A model generated the notes under the pieces. It did not search any database and was not told the DNA's origin. It saw nothing but the letters and a program-made list of their open reading frames with translations. This document shows positions 1 to 10,830 of a DNA stretch of 64,000 nt, piece by piece. How positions within the stretch are numbered: the first letter of the stretch is position 1; every line of letters starts with the position of its first letter. The translations under genes were made by a program, and so were the position numbers. The stretch is from NCBI GenBank assembly GCA_964016885.1, contig OZ024741.1, positions 12,400,001 to 12,464,000 on the forward strand, given 5' to 3'. Source of the stretch: Eledone cirrhosa. Its lineage: Eukaryota.

Positions 1-858
1 CAACACCACCACCACTACCACCACCACACCATAACCACCACCACTAACACTACCACGACCACCACCACAACCATTACCACTACCACCACTACCACCACCA
101 CCACCAACACCACCACCATTCCTACCATCATCAACTCCACCACCACTAACAATACCCCCCCTCCACCACCACTATCACTACCACTACAGTTATGATGTTC
201 CCTCCCCTTCTCTCCAGGCCTACACACCACCGCCACCACCAACTCCCAGCACACAGCGCCCCCATAAATGTAAGCAATTAATCACCATCACCATCACCAT
301 TATCACCATTGTTACAACCATCCTAACTACCACACAAGCAACACCACTACTGCCACCTATAATCTCAACAATCACCACCATCACCACCATCACCATCACC
401 ACCACCACCATCACCACCACCACCGACAACACCATCACCATCACCACCACCACCATCACCACCACCACCGACAACACCATCACCATCACCATCACTACTG
501 CCACCTATAATCTCAACAATCACCACCATCATCATCACCACCACCACCATCACCGACAACACCATCACCATCACCATCACTACTGCCACCTATCATCTCA
601 GCAATCACCACCATCATCACCACCATCACCATCACCACCACCACCACCACCACCAACAACAACAACAGAATCACCAAAACCATCACTACTGCCACCTATA
701 ATCTCAACAATCACCATCATCACCACCACTACCACCACCACCACCATCACCACCACCGACAACACCATCACCATCACCATCACTACTGCCACCTATAATT
801 TCAACAATCACCACCACCACCACCGCCATCACCACTACCACCACCATCACCACTATCG
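1..858. repeat. Degenerate (CAC/CAT/TAC)n trinucleotide low-complexity tract
   Basis: Continuous runs of caccaccac/catcaccat/cactaccac; they give rise to the Val/Met- and Gly/Asp-rich spurious minus-strand ORFs. Confidence 0.95.
345..815. repeat. Compound minisatellite: five copies of a ~33-bp anchor (CACTACTGCCACCTATAATCTCAACAATCACCA) separated by variable-length CAC/CAT tracts
   Basis: Anchor starts at 345, 493, 578, 684 and 781 with 0-2 substitutions each; spacings 148, 85, 106 and 97 bp. Confidence 0.9.
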
Positions 859-860
859 TC

Positions 861-1017
861 AAGAAGAAGAAGAACCGGGAAAAGGAAGAGGAAAAGGGAA
901 AGAAAGATGAACAACAGAAACGACAACGACGACAACAACAACAATGATAACAACAACAACGATAACAACAACGACGGCAACAACAACAACAACAACAACG
1001 TCAACGACAGCAACATC
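861..1017. repeat. (AAG)n followed by a purine-rich linker and a degenerate (CAA/GAC)n microsatellite
   Basis: aagaagaagaagaa at 861-874; caacaacaac/gacaacgac runs at about 910-1017. Confidence 0.9.
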
Positions 1018-1349
1018 AAGTCATTTATTTAATAAAGTGCAAACGACAAGTCCATCAGTCCATAAATATGTCGACATTCATCCATTTTGTCTGCTGCTGT
1101 CGGCAACCACCGCCATCTGCCGGTAAAAAGACGTTTCGGATGATAAAGCGGAAGTGTAAAAAGAAAAAAGAAATGGCGTCGTCGTTGTCGTCTGTTCGGT
1201 GATGGTGTTGGTTATGGTGTTGGTCGTGATTACGGCCTGTATGTAGCAGGTAGTGGGGATTGGGTTGTTTGCGATTGCTTTCACTTGTGTTGTTTTAACC
1301 GACGGAACAATACAAACAATCAAATATACACAGATTTTCCATCTTGCCA

Positions 1350-1692
1350 ACTTTTCTATCAATCTTCTATTTATTTCATTCTCTTCTCTTTCTTTTCTAT
1401 TCCTTCTTTATTCAGTTATTTATCTCGTTACTTATTTACACTTATTTCTTTCCTTTCTTTCGTTTGGCATTCAATCTTTGTTTTTGTCTTTTTTTTTTTT
1501 TTTCACGCATTTATCGATGTTTTTTTTAATATATTATGTTTACCTCTTTCCAATCTTTCTTTCGGTTTTTGTTTCTCAAAGTTTCTATTTTTCTAGTTTA
1601 TCAAGTTTTATTTTTATTTTTCTATATTCTTTCTAATTTTTCATCTAATCTATTTATCGTTCCTTCTTTCTTATTTTCATAGTATCTTTTGT
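1350..1692. repeat. T-rich low-complexity tract including a poly-T run
   Basis: Dominated by tttc/ttta/tcta words; poly-T at about 1488-1503; source of the three overlapping F/L/S-rich ORFs. Confidence 0.85.
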
Positions 1693-1815
1693 TTCCCAAC
1701 ATTTACATCTAACTTGCTGTCGAGGTGTCAATATGTCGACATCATCTTCCTCACTAAATAAGTCCATCATACACTGTTTCCAGTTCCCGTATTATTGGCT
1801 TCAGTCTCGCTTACA

Positions 1816-1935
1816 TCTCGGTTAATACCGTTGGGAAGAAAGACATAGGAAGGTATCACAGAATAGATTTTACGGGCAAAACCAGTCGGCAGGAGACACA
1901 GAGGTAGACCGTGAACATGATAGTTGGATAACAAC
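1816..1935 (+). mobile_element. Decayed 3' fragment of an RTE-clade non-LTR retrotransposon ORF
   Basis: Frame +1 from 1837 reads RKT*EGITE*ILRAKPVGRRHRGRP*T**LDN. This matches the RTE C-terminal motif RM..ER....IL...P.G.R.RGRP..RW.D if the stops are single-base decays of Q, Q, R, R and W codons. Recognised by motif, not by database search. Confidence 0.7.
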
Positions 1936-2070
1936 CGAACCTTCAATACCGAGTTTTAATATTCATTCTATGAAGGCTAAATAGTGAGCCTTGTTGCTCT
2001 GGGGTTTCATCTCTTTATCCGAGAGTCATCTGACATCACCTTGTTTGATGACCCTGGCATAAACAGGCGA

Positions 2071-2297
2071 ATCTTTATTTCTCGTTGCTACAGTTCATTC
2101 AGCTGGCAAAAGTGAGTTATACTTGATTTTCAAAGAACCAGTTTTGTCAGACCGTGATTCACGCTGAATCTCCCTGAGGACTACGTTATGGGTACATGTG
2201 TCTGTGCAATAGTCAGTCACGTACACGTTACTTTCCCGAGTAGGTTTATTCAGTTGATAGAATGAAGAGGATCACTTGTCAACGGAAGGGACGAATG
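2071..2297 (+). mobile_element. Diverged, 5'-truncated SINE resembling the octopus OR-type tRNA-derived CORE-SINE
   Basis: Collinear blocks recalled from that family: ctttatttctcgttgctacagttcattcagctggcaaaagtgagt, tcacgctgaatctccctgaggactacgttatgggtacatgtgtctgtg and cacgttactttcccgagtagg. No intact tRNA head (A/B boxes) is visible. Family assignment is from memory. Confidence 0.65.
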
Positions 2298-2916
2298 TTC
2301 AACAGATTCATGACTCAAATAAATTACTGGAGATTAGCAGGATTTCTGTGTTGTTTGTACACTTCGATCTCTCATTCAAAATTCTCGGTCCAGCATAAGG
2401 CCACAACATCACACTTCTACCAGAAATACCATACGTTGAATTCTCGCCCTCACATGGATACCTTTAGCGGAGTATATCTACTCCATTGGAAGCTTAAGCT
2501 AGGTCTCCTCCGATTTGAGGTTAATTTATTCTCACCAGTTCCAGAAACCCTGAAAAGAGTGATGTGATCTTCCCATCTTCCGACCAGTCCAAGAAGCACT
2601 TAGAGAGATCATGTGTCCTTACTCCCTCTCACCTATGGTGGAACCTATGAAAAAATGACACAGACCTTCCTTTCACCCCAACAGAAGTTTTGAAGAAGGA
2701 TCATGAGCCCTTCTCTTCCTTCTGCCAGACATGGAAGGCCTCAAAGAGGTCAGGCATGCGTCCTTCCTTCCCTTCCACCAGTCATGGGTCCTCCCCAACT
2801 TCCTACTAATGACAGAAGCCCCTGAAAACGGTCATCAATCCTTCCCTTCCTTGTCATGAAAGCTCTGGGGTCAGACGTCATATTCTTCCTCTTACCAATG
2901 ATGGAAGCTCGGATTG

Positions 2917-3000
2917 AAGTGAGGGGAGGGAGCAGGAGATAGACAGACAAGGATACAGAGGGTGGAAGAGTGAAAATAGAGAAAGAGAGAGTGGGGGAGG
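2917..3000. repeat. Purine-rich (GA) low-complexity tract just upstream of the satellite
   Basis: gaggggagggagcaggagatagacagacaaggatacagagggtggaagagtgaaaatagagaaagagagagtgggggagg. Confidence 0.7.
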
Positions 3001-6000
3001 CAATATAGTCAGTTTTGTCTAATAACACTAATTGTGAAAGAATTAATAGTAGTTAGCTTGGAGAGGTGTATGACTGTAGGTTTCAGTTATATATAGTAGT
3101 TTGGGGAGGTATATGACTGTAGGTTTCAGTTTGATATAGTAGTTTGGGGAGGTATATGACTGTTGGTTTCAGTTTGATATAGAGGTTTGGGGAGGTATAT
3201 GACTGTAGGTTTCAGTTAGATATAGTAGTTTGGGGAGGTATATGACTGTTGGTTTCAGTTAGATATAGTAGTTTGGGGAGGTATATGACTGTTGGTTTCA
3301 GTTTGATATAGTCGTTTGGGGAGGTATATGACTGTTGGTTTCAGTTTTATATAGTAGTTTGGGGAGGTATATGACTGTTGGTTTCAGTTAGATATAGTAG
3401 TTTGGGGAGGTATATGACTGTAGGTTTCAGTTAGATATAGTAGTTTGGGGAGGTATATGACTGTTGGTTTCAGTTAGATATAGTAGTTTGGGGAGGTATA
3501 TGACTGTTGGTTTCAGTTAGATATAGTAGTTTGGGGAGGTATATGACTGTAGGTTTCAGTTAGATATAGTAGTTTGGGGAGGTATATGACTGTTGGTTTC
3601 AGTTAGATATAGTAGTTTGGGGAGGTATATGACTGTAGGTTTCAGTTAGATATAGTAGTTTGGGGAGGTATATGACTGTTGGTTTCAGTTAGATATAGTA
3701 GTTTGGGGAGGTATATGACTGTAGGTTTCAGTTAGATATAGTAGTTTGGGGAGGTATATGACTGTTGGTTTCAGTTAGATATAGTAGTTTGGGGAGGTAT
3801 ATGACTGTTCGTTTCAGTTTGACATAGTAGTTTAGGGAGGTATATGACTGTTGGTTTCAGTTAGATATAGTAGTTTGGGGAGGTATATGACTGTAGGTTT
3901 CAGTTAGATATAGTAGTTTGGGGAGGTATATGACTGTTCGTTTCAGTTTGACATAGTAGTTTGGGGATGTATATGACTGTTGGTTTCAGTTAGATTTAGT
4001 AGTTTGGGGAGGTATATGACTGTAGGTTTCAGTTAGATATAGTAGTTTGGGGAGGTATATGACTGTTGGTTTTAGTTTGATATAGGAGTTTGGGGAGGTA
4101 TATGACTGTTGGTTTCAATTTGATATAGTAGTTTGGGGAGGTATATGCCTGTTGGTTTCAGTTGATATAGGAGTTTGGGGAGGTATATGACCGTTGGTTT
4201 CAATTAGATATAGTAGTTTGGGAGGTATATGACTGTTGGTTTAAGTTTGATATAGTAGTTTGGGGAGGTATATGACTGTAGGTTTCAGTTTGATATAGTA
4301 GTTTGGGGAGGTGTATGACTGTTGGTTTCAGTTAGATATAGTAGTTTGGGGAGGTATATGACTGTAGGTTTCAGTTAGATATAGTAGTTTGGGGAGGTAT
4401 ATGACTGTTGGTTTAAGTTAGATATAGTAGTTTGAGGAGGTATATGACTGTTGGTTTATGTTTGATATAGTAGTTTGGGAGGTATATGACTGTTGGTTTA
4501 AGTTTGATATAGTAGTTTGGGGAGGTATATGACTGTAGGTTTCAGTTTGATATAGTTGTTTGGGGAGGTATATGACTGTTGGTTTCAGTTAGATATAGTT
4601 GTTTGGGGAGGTATATGACTGTTGGTTTAAATTTGATATAGTAGTTTGGGGAGGTATATGACTGTAGGTTTCAGTTAGGTATAGTAGTTTGGGAGGTATA
4701 TGACTGCTGGTTTAAGTTTGATATAGCAGTTTGGGGAGGTATATGACTGTTGGTTTCAGTTAGATATAGTAATTTGGGGAGGTATATGAGTGTAGGTTTC
4801 AGTTAGATATAGTAGTTTGGGAGGTATATGACTGTTGGTTTCAGTTTGATATAGTAGTTTGGGGAGGTATATGACTGTAGGTTTGAGTTTGATATAGTAG
4901 TTTGGGGAGGTATATGTCTGTTGGTTTCAGTTTGATATAGTAGTTTGGGGAGGTATATGACTGTTGGTTTCAGTTAGATATAGTAGTTTGGGGAGGTATA
5001 TGACTGTTAGTTTCAGTTTGATATAGTAGTTAGGGGAGGTATATGACAGTTGCTTTCAGTTAGATATAGTTGTTTGGGGAGGTATATGACTGTTGGTTTC
5101 AGTTAGATATAGTAGTCTGGGGAGGTATATGACTGTTGGTTTCAGTTAGATATAGTAGTTTGGGGAGGTATATGACTGTTGGTTTCAGTTAGATATAGTA
5201 GTTGGGGAGGTATATGATTGTTGGTTTCAGTTAGATATAGTAGTTTGTGGAGGTATATGACTGTTGGTTTCAGTTTGATATAGTATTTTGGGGAGGTATA
5301 TGTCTGTTGGTTTCAGTTTGATATAGTAGTTTGGGGAGGTATATGACCGTTGGTTTCAGTTTGATATAGGAGTTTGGGGAGGTATATGACCGTTGGTTTC
5401 AGTTATATATAGTAGTTTGGGGAGGTATATGACTGTTGGATTCAGTTGATATAGTAGTTTGGGGATGTATATGACTGTTGGTTTCAGTTATATATAGTAG
5501 TTTGGGGAGGTATATGTCTGTTGGTTTCAGTTTGATATAGTAGTTTGGGGAGGTATATGACTGTTGGTTTCAGTTTGATATAGTAGTTTGGGAGGTATAT
5601 GACTGTTGGTTTCAGTTTGATATAGTCGTTTGGGGAGGTATATGACTGTTGGTTTCAGTTTTATATAGTAGTTTGGGGAGGTATATGACTGTAGGTTTCA
5701 GTTAGATATAGTAGTTTGGGGAGGTATATGACTGTAGGTTTCAGTTAGATATAGTAGTTTGGGGAGGTATATGACTGTTGGTTTCAGTTAGATATAGTAG
5801 TTTGGGGAGGTATATGACTGTTCGTTTCAGTTTGACATAGTAGTTTAGGGAGGTATATGACTGTTGGTTTCAGTTAGATATAGTAGTTTGGGGAGGTATA
5901 TGACTGTAGGTTTCAGTTAAATATAGTAGTTTGGGGAGGTATATGACTGTTCGTTTCAGTTTGACATAGTAGTTTGGGGATGTATATGACTGTTGGTTTC

Positions 6001-6605
6001 AGTTAGATTTAGTAGTTTGGGGAGGTATATGACTGTAGGTTTCAGTTAGATATAGTAGTTTGGGGAGGTATATGACTGTTGGTTTTAGTTTGATATAGGA
6101 GTTTGGGGAGGTATATGACTGTTGGTTTCAATTTGATATAGTAGTTTGGGGAGGTATATGCCTCTTGGTTTCAGTTGATATAGTAGTTTTGGGGAGGTAT
6201 ATGACTGTTGGTTTCAGTTAGACATAGTAGTTTGGGGAGGTATATAACTGTTGGTTTCAGTTAGATATAGTAGTTTGGGGAGGTATATGACTGTTGGTTT
6301 TAGTTTGATATAGGAGTTTGGGGAGGTATATGACTGTTGGTTTCAATTTGATATAGTAGTTTGGGGAGGTATATGCCTGTTGGTTTCAGTTGATATAGTA
6401 GTTTGGGGAGGTATATGACTGTTGGTTTCAGTTAGACATAGTAGTTTGGGGAGGTATATAACTGTTGGTTTCAGTTAGATATAGTAGTTTGGGGAGGTAT
6501 ATGACTGTTGGTTTCAGTTAGATATAGTAGTTTGGGGAGGTATATGTCTGTTGGTTTCAGTTGATATAGTAGTTTGGGGAGGTATATGACTGTTGGTTTA
6601 AGTTT

Positions 6606-9600
6606 GATATAGTAGTTTGGGGAGGTATATGACTGTTGGTTTCAGTTAGATATAGTAGTTTGGGGAGGTATATGACTGTTGGTTTCAGTTAGATATAGTA
6701 GTTTGGGGAGGTATATGACTGTTGGTTTCAGTTAGATATAGTAGTTTGGGGAGTTATATGATTGTTGGTTTCAGTTTGATATAGTAGTTCGGGGAGGTAT
6801 ATGACCGTTGGTTTCAATTAGATATAGTAGTTTGGGAGGTATATGACTGTTGGTTTAAGTTTGATATAGTAGTTTGGGGAGGTATATGATTGTAGGTTTC
6901 AGTTAGATATAGTAGTTTGGGGAGGTATATGACTGTAGGTTTCAGTTTGATATAGTAGTTTGGGGAGGTATATGACTGTTGGTTTCAGTTAGATATAGTA
7001 GTTTGGGGAGGTATATGACTGTTGGTTTATGTTTGATATAGTAGTTTGGGAGGTATATGACTGTTGGTTTCAGTTTGACATAGTAGTTTGGGGAGGTATA
7101 TGACTGTAGGTTTCAGTTTGATATAGTAGTTTGAGGAGGTATATGACTGTTGGTTTCAGTTAGATATAGTAGTTTGGGGAGGTATATGACTGTTGGTTTC
7201 AGTTAGATATAGTAGTTTGGGGAGGTATATGACTGTTGGTTTCAGTTAGGTATAGTAGTTTGGGGAGGTATATGACTGTAGGTTTCAGTTAGATATAGTA
7301 GTTTGGGGAGGTATATGACTGTAGGTTTCAGTTAGATATAGTAGTTTGGGGAGGTATATGACTGTTGGTTTCAGTTAGATATAGTAGTTTGGGGAGGTAT
7401 ATGACTGTTGGTTTCAGTTAGATATAGTAGTTTGGGGTGGTATATGACTGTTCGTTTCAGTTAGATTTAGTAGTTTGGGGAGGTATATGACTGTAGGTTT
7501 CAGTTAGATATAGTAGTTTGGGGAGGTATATGACTGTTGGTTTTAGTTTGTTATAGTTGTTTGGGGAGGTATATGACTGTTGGTTTCAATTTGATATAGT
7601 AGTTTGGGGAGGTATATGCCTGTTGGTTTCAGTTGATATAGTAGTTTGGGGAGGTATATGACTGTTGGTTTCAGTTAGATATAGTAGTTTGGGGAGGTAT
7701 ATGACTGTTGGTTTCAGTTAGATATAGTAGTTTGGGGAGGTATATGACTGTTGGTTTCAGTTAGATAGAGTAGTTTGGGGAGGTATATGACTGTAGGTTT
7801 CAGTTAGATAGAGTAGTTTGGGGAGGTATATGACTGTTGGTTTCAGTTTGATATAGTCGTTTGGGGAGGTATATGACTGTTGGTTTCAGTTTTATATAGT
7901 AGTTTGGGGAGGTATATGACTGTTGGTTTCAGTTAGATATAGTAGTTTGGGGAGGTATATGACTGTAGGTTTCAGTTAGATATAGTAGTTTGGGGAGGTA
8001 TATGACTGTTGGTTTCAGTTAGATATAGTAGTTTGGGGAGGTATATGACTGTTCGTTTCAGTTTGACATAGTAGTTTAGGGAGGTATATGACTGTTGGTT
8101 TCAGTTAGATATAGTAGTTTGGGGAGGTATATGACTGTAGGTTTCAGTTAGATATAGTAGTTTGGGGAGGTATATGACTGTTCGTTTCAGTTTGACATAG
8201 TAGTTTGGGGAGGTATATGACTGTTGGTTTCAGTTAGATTTAGTAGTTTGGGGAGGTATATGACTGTAGGTTTCAGTTAGATATAGTAGTTTGGGGAGGT
8301 ATATGATTGTTGGTTTTAGTTTGATATAGGAGTTTGGGGAGGTATATGATTGTTGGTTTCAATTTGATATAGTAGTTTGGGAAGGTATATGACTGTTGGT
8401 TTCAGTTGATATAGTAGTTTGGGGAGGTATATGACTGTTGGTTTCAGTTAGACATAGTAGTTTGGGGAGGTATATAACTGTTGGTTTCAGTTAGATATAG
8501 TAGTTTGGGGAGGTATATGACTGTTGGTTTCAGTTAGATATAGTAGTTTGGGGAGGTATATGTCTGTTGGTTTCAGTTGATATAGTAGTTTGGGGAGGTA
8601 TATGACTGTTGGTTTCAGTTAGATATAGTAGTTTGGGGAGGTATATGACTGTTGGTTTCAGTTAGATATAGTAGTTTGGGGAGGTATATGACTGTTGGTT
8701 TCAGTTAGATATAGTAGTTTGGGGAGTTATATGATTGTTGGTTTCAGTTTGATATAGTAGTTCGGGGAGGTATATGACCGTTGGTTTCAATTAGATATAG
8801 TAGTTTGGGAGGTATATGACTGTTGGTTTAAGTTTGATATAGTAGTTTGGGGAGGTATATGATTGTAGGTTTCAGTTAGATATAGTAGTTTGGGGAGGTA
8901 TATGACTGTAGGTTTCAGTTTGATATAGTAGTTTGGGGAGGTATATGACTGTTGGTTTCAGTTAGATATAGTAGTTTGGGGAGGTATATGACTGTTGGTT
9001 TATGTTTGATATAGTAGTTTGGGAGGTATATGACTGTTGGTTTCAGTTTGACATAGTAGTTTGGGGAGGTATATGACTGTAGGTTTCAGTTTGATATAGT
9101 AGTTTGAGGAGGTATATGACTGTTGGTTTCAGTTAGATATAGTAGTTTGGGGAGGTATATGACTGTTGGTTTCAGTTAGATATAGTAGTTTGGGGAGGTA
9201 TATGACTGTTGGTTTCAGTTAGGTATAGTAGTTTGGGGAGGTATATGACTGTAGGTTTCAGTTAGATATAGTAGTTTGGGGAGGTATATGACTGTAGGTT
9301 TCAGTTAGATATAGTAGTTTGGGGAGGTATATGACTGTTGGTTTCAGTTAGATATAGTAGTTTGGGGAGGTATATGACTGTTGGTTTCAGTTAGATATAG
9401 TAGTTTGGGGTGGTATATGACTGTTCGTTTCAGTTAGATTTAGTAGTTTGGGGAGGTATATGACTGTAGGTTTCAGTTAGATATAGTAGTTTGGGGAGGT
9501 ATATGACTGTTGGTTTTAGTTTGTTATAGTTGTTTGGGGAGGTATATGACTGTTGGTTTCAATTTGATATAGTAGTTTGGGGAGGTATATGCCTGTTGGT

Positions 9601-10830
9601 TTCAGTTGATATAGTAGTTTGGGGAGGTATATGACTGTTGGTTTCAGTTAGATATAGTAGTTTGGGGAGGTATATGACTGTTGGTTTCAGTTAGATATAG
9701 TAGTTTGGGGAGGTATATGACTGTTGGTTTCAGTTAGATAGAGTAGTTTGGGGAGGTATATGACTGTAGGTTTCAGTTAGATAGAGTAGTTTGGGGAGGT
9801 ATATGACTGTTGGTTTCAGTTTGATATAGTCGTTTGGGGAGGTATATGACTGTTGGTTTCAGTTTTATATAGTAGTTTGGGGAGGTATATGACTGTTGGT
9901 TTCAGTTAGATATAGTAGTTTGGGGAGGTATATGACTGTAGGTTTCAGTTAGATATAGTAGTTTGGGGAGGTATATGACTGTTGGTTTCAGTTAGATATA
10001 GTAGTTTGGGGAGGTATATGACTGTTCGTTTCAGTTTGACATAGTAGTTTAGGGAGGTATATGACTGTTGGTTTCAGTTAGATATAGTAGTTTGGGGAGG
10101 TATATGACTGTAGGTTTCAGTTAGATATAGTAGTTTGGGGAGGTATATGACTGTTCGTTTCAGTTTGACATAGTAGTTTGGGGAGGTATATGACTGTTGG
10201 TTTCAGTTAGATTTAGTAGTTTGGGGAGGTATATGACTGTAGGTTTCAGTTAGATATAGTAGTTTGGGGAGGTATATGATTGTTGGTTTTAGTTTGATAT
10301 AGGAGTTTGGGGAGGTATATGATTGTTGGTTTCAATTTGATATAGTAGTTTGGGAAGGTATATGACTGTTGGTTTCAGTTGATATAGTAGTTTGGGGAGG
10401 TATATGACTGTTGGTTTCAGTTAGACATAGTAGTTTGGGGAGGTATATAACTGTTGGTTTCAGTTAGATATAGTAGTTTGGGGAGGTATATGACTGTTGG
10501 TTTCAGTTAGATATAGTAGTTTGGGGAGGTATATGTCTGTTGGTTTCAGTTGATATAGTAGTTTGGGGAGGTATATGACTGTTGGTTTCAGTTAGATATA
10601 GTAGTTTGGGGAGGTATATGACTGTTGGTTTCAGTTAGATATAGTAGTTTGGGGAGGTATATGACTGTTGGTTTCAGTTAGATATAGTAGTTTGGGGAGT
10701 TATATGATTGTTGGTTTCAGTTTGATATAGTAGTTCGGGGAGGTATATGACCGTGGGTTTCAATTAGATATAGTAGTTTGGGAGGTATATGACTGTTGGT
10801 TTAAGTTTGATATAGTAGTTTGGGGAGGTA
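6606..10830 (+). repeat. Tandem higher-order duplication, period 1973 bp (about 46 monomers)
   Basis: Rare variants recur at +1973: GAGTT at 6752/8725/10698, GGGGTGG at 7438/9411, GGGAAGG at 8382/10355. Confidence 0.9.

Noticed and set aside
1024-1036. Back-to-back polyadenylation signals TTTATT-T-AATAAA
   Set aside because: Common by chance in AT-rich DNA; not callable as a regulatory site without 3'-end data.
15-1126. Seven ORFs rich in V/M, G/D, L or T
   Set aside because: They are translations of CAC/CAT/CAA microsatellites, which lack stops by composition; they overlap in several frames and show no domain.
1078-1362. 94-aa minus-strand ORF as a whole gene
   Set aside because: Non-ATG start, Thr-rich low-complexity middle and no recognisable family; only its distal end is kept as a possible exon.
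1253-1636. Three overlapping hydrophobic F/L/S-rich ORFs resembling membrane proteins
   Set aside because: All three plus frames are open over a T-rich tract, which is a compositional artefact.
2262-2567. 101-aa plus-strand ORF
   Set aside because: It begins inside the SINE-like relic and has no recognisable motif; probably a chance ORF.
2520-3028. 92-aa minus-strand ORF and adjacent sequence with faint resemblance to a decayed L1/Tx1-type ORF2 C-terminus
   Set aside because: The N-terminal half is the GA-rich tract. The resemblance needs several frameshifts and stops and is too weak to call without a BLASTX or Dfam search.
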